From positions 1 to 33,591 of the IMG/VR virus record IMGVR_UViG_3300031111_000006: 33,591 nucleotides of DNA. The stretch is one strand, 5' to 3'. Positions 32,845-33,591 of this stretch are shown here, in pieces. The notes below the pieces were generated by a model, which worked only from the letters and a program-made list of their open reading frames with translations, had not been told where the DNA came from and did no database searches. The position numbers and the translations under genes were made by a program. The stretch is from a virus. Each line of letters starts with the position of its first letter. The first letter of the stretch is position 1.

Positions 32845-33282
32845 GTGAGACATTTACAAATCACCCTCTACAAGATATTTATCCAGGAGAGCCGCCATTC
32901 GGTCGCCCTGGTTGCCGAGAAAATTGGGGTCTCTCCTTCAACTTTGTATAAGTGGTGCGAAGGTAGCGGGGGGCCCCCTTCCGTTCACCAGGTCCGCCAA
33001 CTCTACTTTGCCACTTTGGAGGATGAGATCCTTGAGGCTGTTTTGGTCGATACTGGTCTCATTCCCGTTAAAAAGGTTGACCCCGGTCGGGTAACGACCC
33101 AGGACATACACCGGGAGCTCCTCGACAACCACGACTCCCTTTCAGCCATACACCGGACACTAACCCGAGCCCTTGAGGACGACGTCCTCTCTACCGAGGA
33201 AATCAAAAAGCTCAAGCGGTTGGCTGATGTGAATTTCAAGGAAGCGGCGGAAATCCGCCAAGTATTTGAGGCCCTCGAATGA
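32845..33282 (+). CDS. HTH DNA-binding regulator (145 aa)
   Basis: GTG start after GGGGGTGAGG. HTH: SVALVAEKIGVSPSTLYKWCEG. Located in the early regulatory position. Confidence 0.5.
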   Translation: MRHLQITLYKIFIQESRHSVALVAEKIGVSPSTLYKWCEGSGGPPSVHQVRQLYFATLEDEILEAVLVDTGLIPVKKVDPGRVTTQDIHRELLDNHDSLSAIHRTLTRALEDDVLSTEEIKKLKRLADVNFKEAAEIRQVFEALE

Positions 33283-33515
33283 GTCGGGGACCAATGACCG
33301 CCGGAGAGCTTGACAGACTGGCCGAGGCTTTGGAGGCCCTGGCGGTCGAAGCCGAAAACAACCTGATAGGAGGTTCACATGGAACCGATTGCTCCGATCC
33401 CCGTCAAACCCGAAACCCCTCCGATTGTATCGGAGGAGCCGAATGCTCGGCCCGAGGTTCACAACCCCCTCACCGGGGAGATTGTGGACTTTTCGAGCCC
33501 GGATTCCCTGGTTGA
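33279..33515 (+). CDS. Hypothetical small ORF; only the first 33 codons or so look protein-like
   Basis: ATGA overlap with the upstream gene. MSRGPMTAGELDRLAEALEALAVEAENNLIGGS is plausible. The remainder overlaps the better-supported ORF that starts at 33379 and looks like out-of-frame sequence. Confidence 0.3.
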   Translation: MSRGPMTAGELDRLAEALEALAVEAENNLIGGSHGTDCSDPRQTRNPSDCIGGAECSARGSQPPHRGDCGLFEPGFPG

Positions 33516-33591
33516 GAATTTCCTCAGCCTCGACAGTCAAATCCGCCAGCTTTCCGCCCTCAAGCGGGAGGTTGAGGCCGGAATCTTGTTC
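33379..33591 (+). CDS. 5' part of the junction-spanning ORF (continues at 128..427 on the circle)
   Basis: SD TAGGAGG at 33367-33373, 5-nt spacer, ATG 33379. There is an in-frame stop at 33367-33369 upstream. The frame is open to the window end and in frame with 20-427 through the overlap. Confidence 0.65.
   Translation, partial: MEPIAPIPVKPETPPIVSEEPNARPEVHNPLTGEIVDFSSPDSLVENFLSLDSQIRQLSALKREVEAGILF
33465..33591. repeat. Terminal direct repeat, copy 2 (identical to 1-127)
   Basis: See copy 1. Confidence 0.95.

Overview
The first 127 bases (1-127) are identical to the last 127 (33465-33591). The window is therefore a closed circular, or terminally redundant, replicon of 33,464 unique bp. 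One ORF (ATG 33379, stop 427) runs across the junction. The gene content is that of a complete temperate tailed phage with a long non-contractile tail.

Nearly all genes are on the + strand, are tightly packed with ATGA/TAATG start-stop overlaps, and have strong AGGAGG-type ribosome-binding sites (SD).

Gene order on the circle:
- Lysogeny switch: a CI/LexA-like repressor on the - strand, facing a small ribbon-helix-helix (RHH) protein and an HTH (helix-turn-helix) protein on the + strand.
- Early recombination and replication genes: a possible ssDNA-annealing protein, a DUF1376-type replication protein, a RuvC-like resolvase, a Dcm cytosine methylase and a DUF6011 protein.
- About 14 small ORFs of unknown function.
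- Packaging and head genes: TerS, TerL, portal, a three-gene insert that includes an HTH-metallophosphoesterase, an SPP1 gp7/Mu F-like head morphogenesis protein, a 377-bp repeat-rich gap, scaffold and major capsid.
- Connector genes and two tandem paralogous 136-aa putative tube proteins.
- A fibre-like protein with a signal peptide, followed by a lysis cassette (membrane proteins plus an NlpC/P60 hydrolase).
- Tail: assembly chaperones with a T9 slippery run, tape measure, distal tail proteins and a tail fibre with 135-bp tandem repeats.
- A small accessory gene flanked by terminators.
- On the - strand: a large serine integrase, a small secreted/anchored protein and the repressor.

No rRNA gene, complete tRNA gene, CRISPR array, reverse transcriptase or transposase is visible.

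I could not identify a clear multi-gene novel system. The observations most worth follow-up are:
- phased direct-repeat arrays at 15.7-15.9 kb;
- frame-independent DNA repeats inside the replication gene (candidate origin);
- a G9 tract inside dcm;
- two genes that appear to need AUC/AUU start codons;
- a tRNA 5'-half-like segment abutting the integrase stop codon;
- the enzyme-bearing insert between portal and head-morphogenesis genes;
- the lysis/secreted-fibre block embedded in the tail operon.

All functional calls rest on motif recognition by eye. No database search was run.
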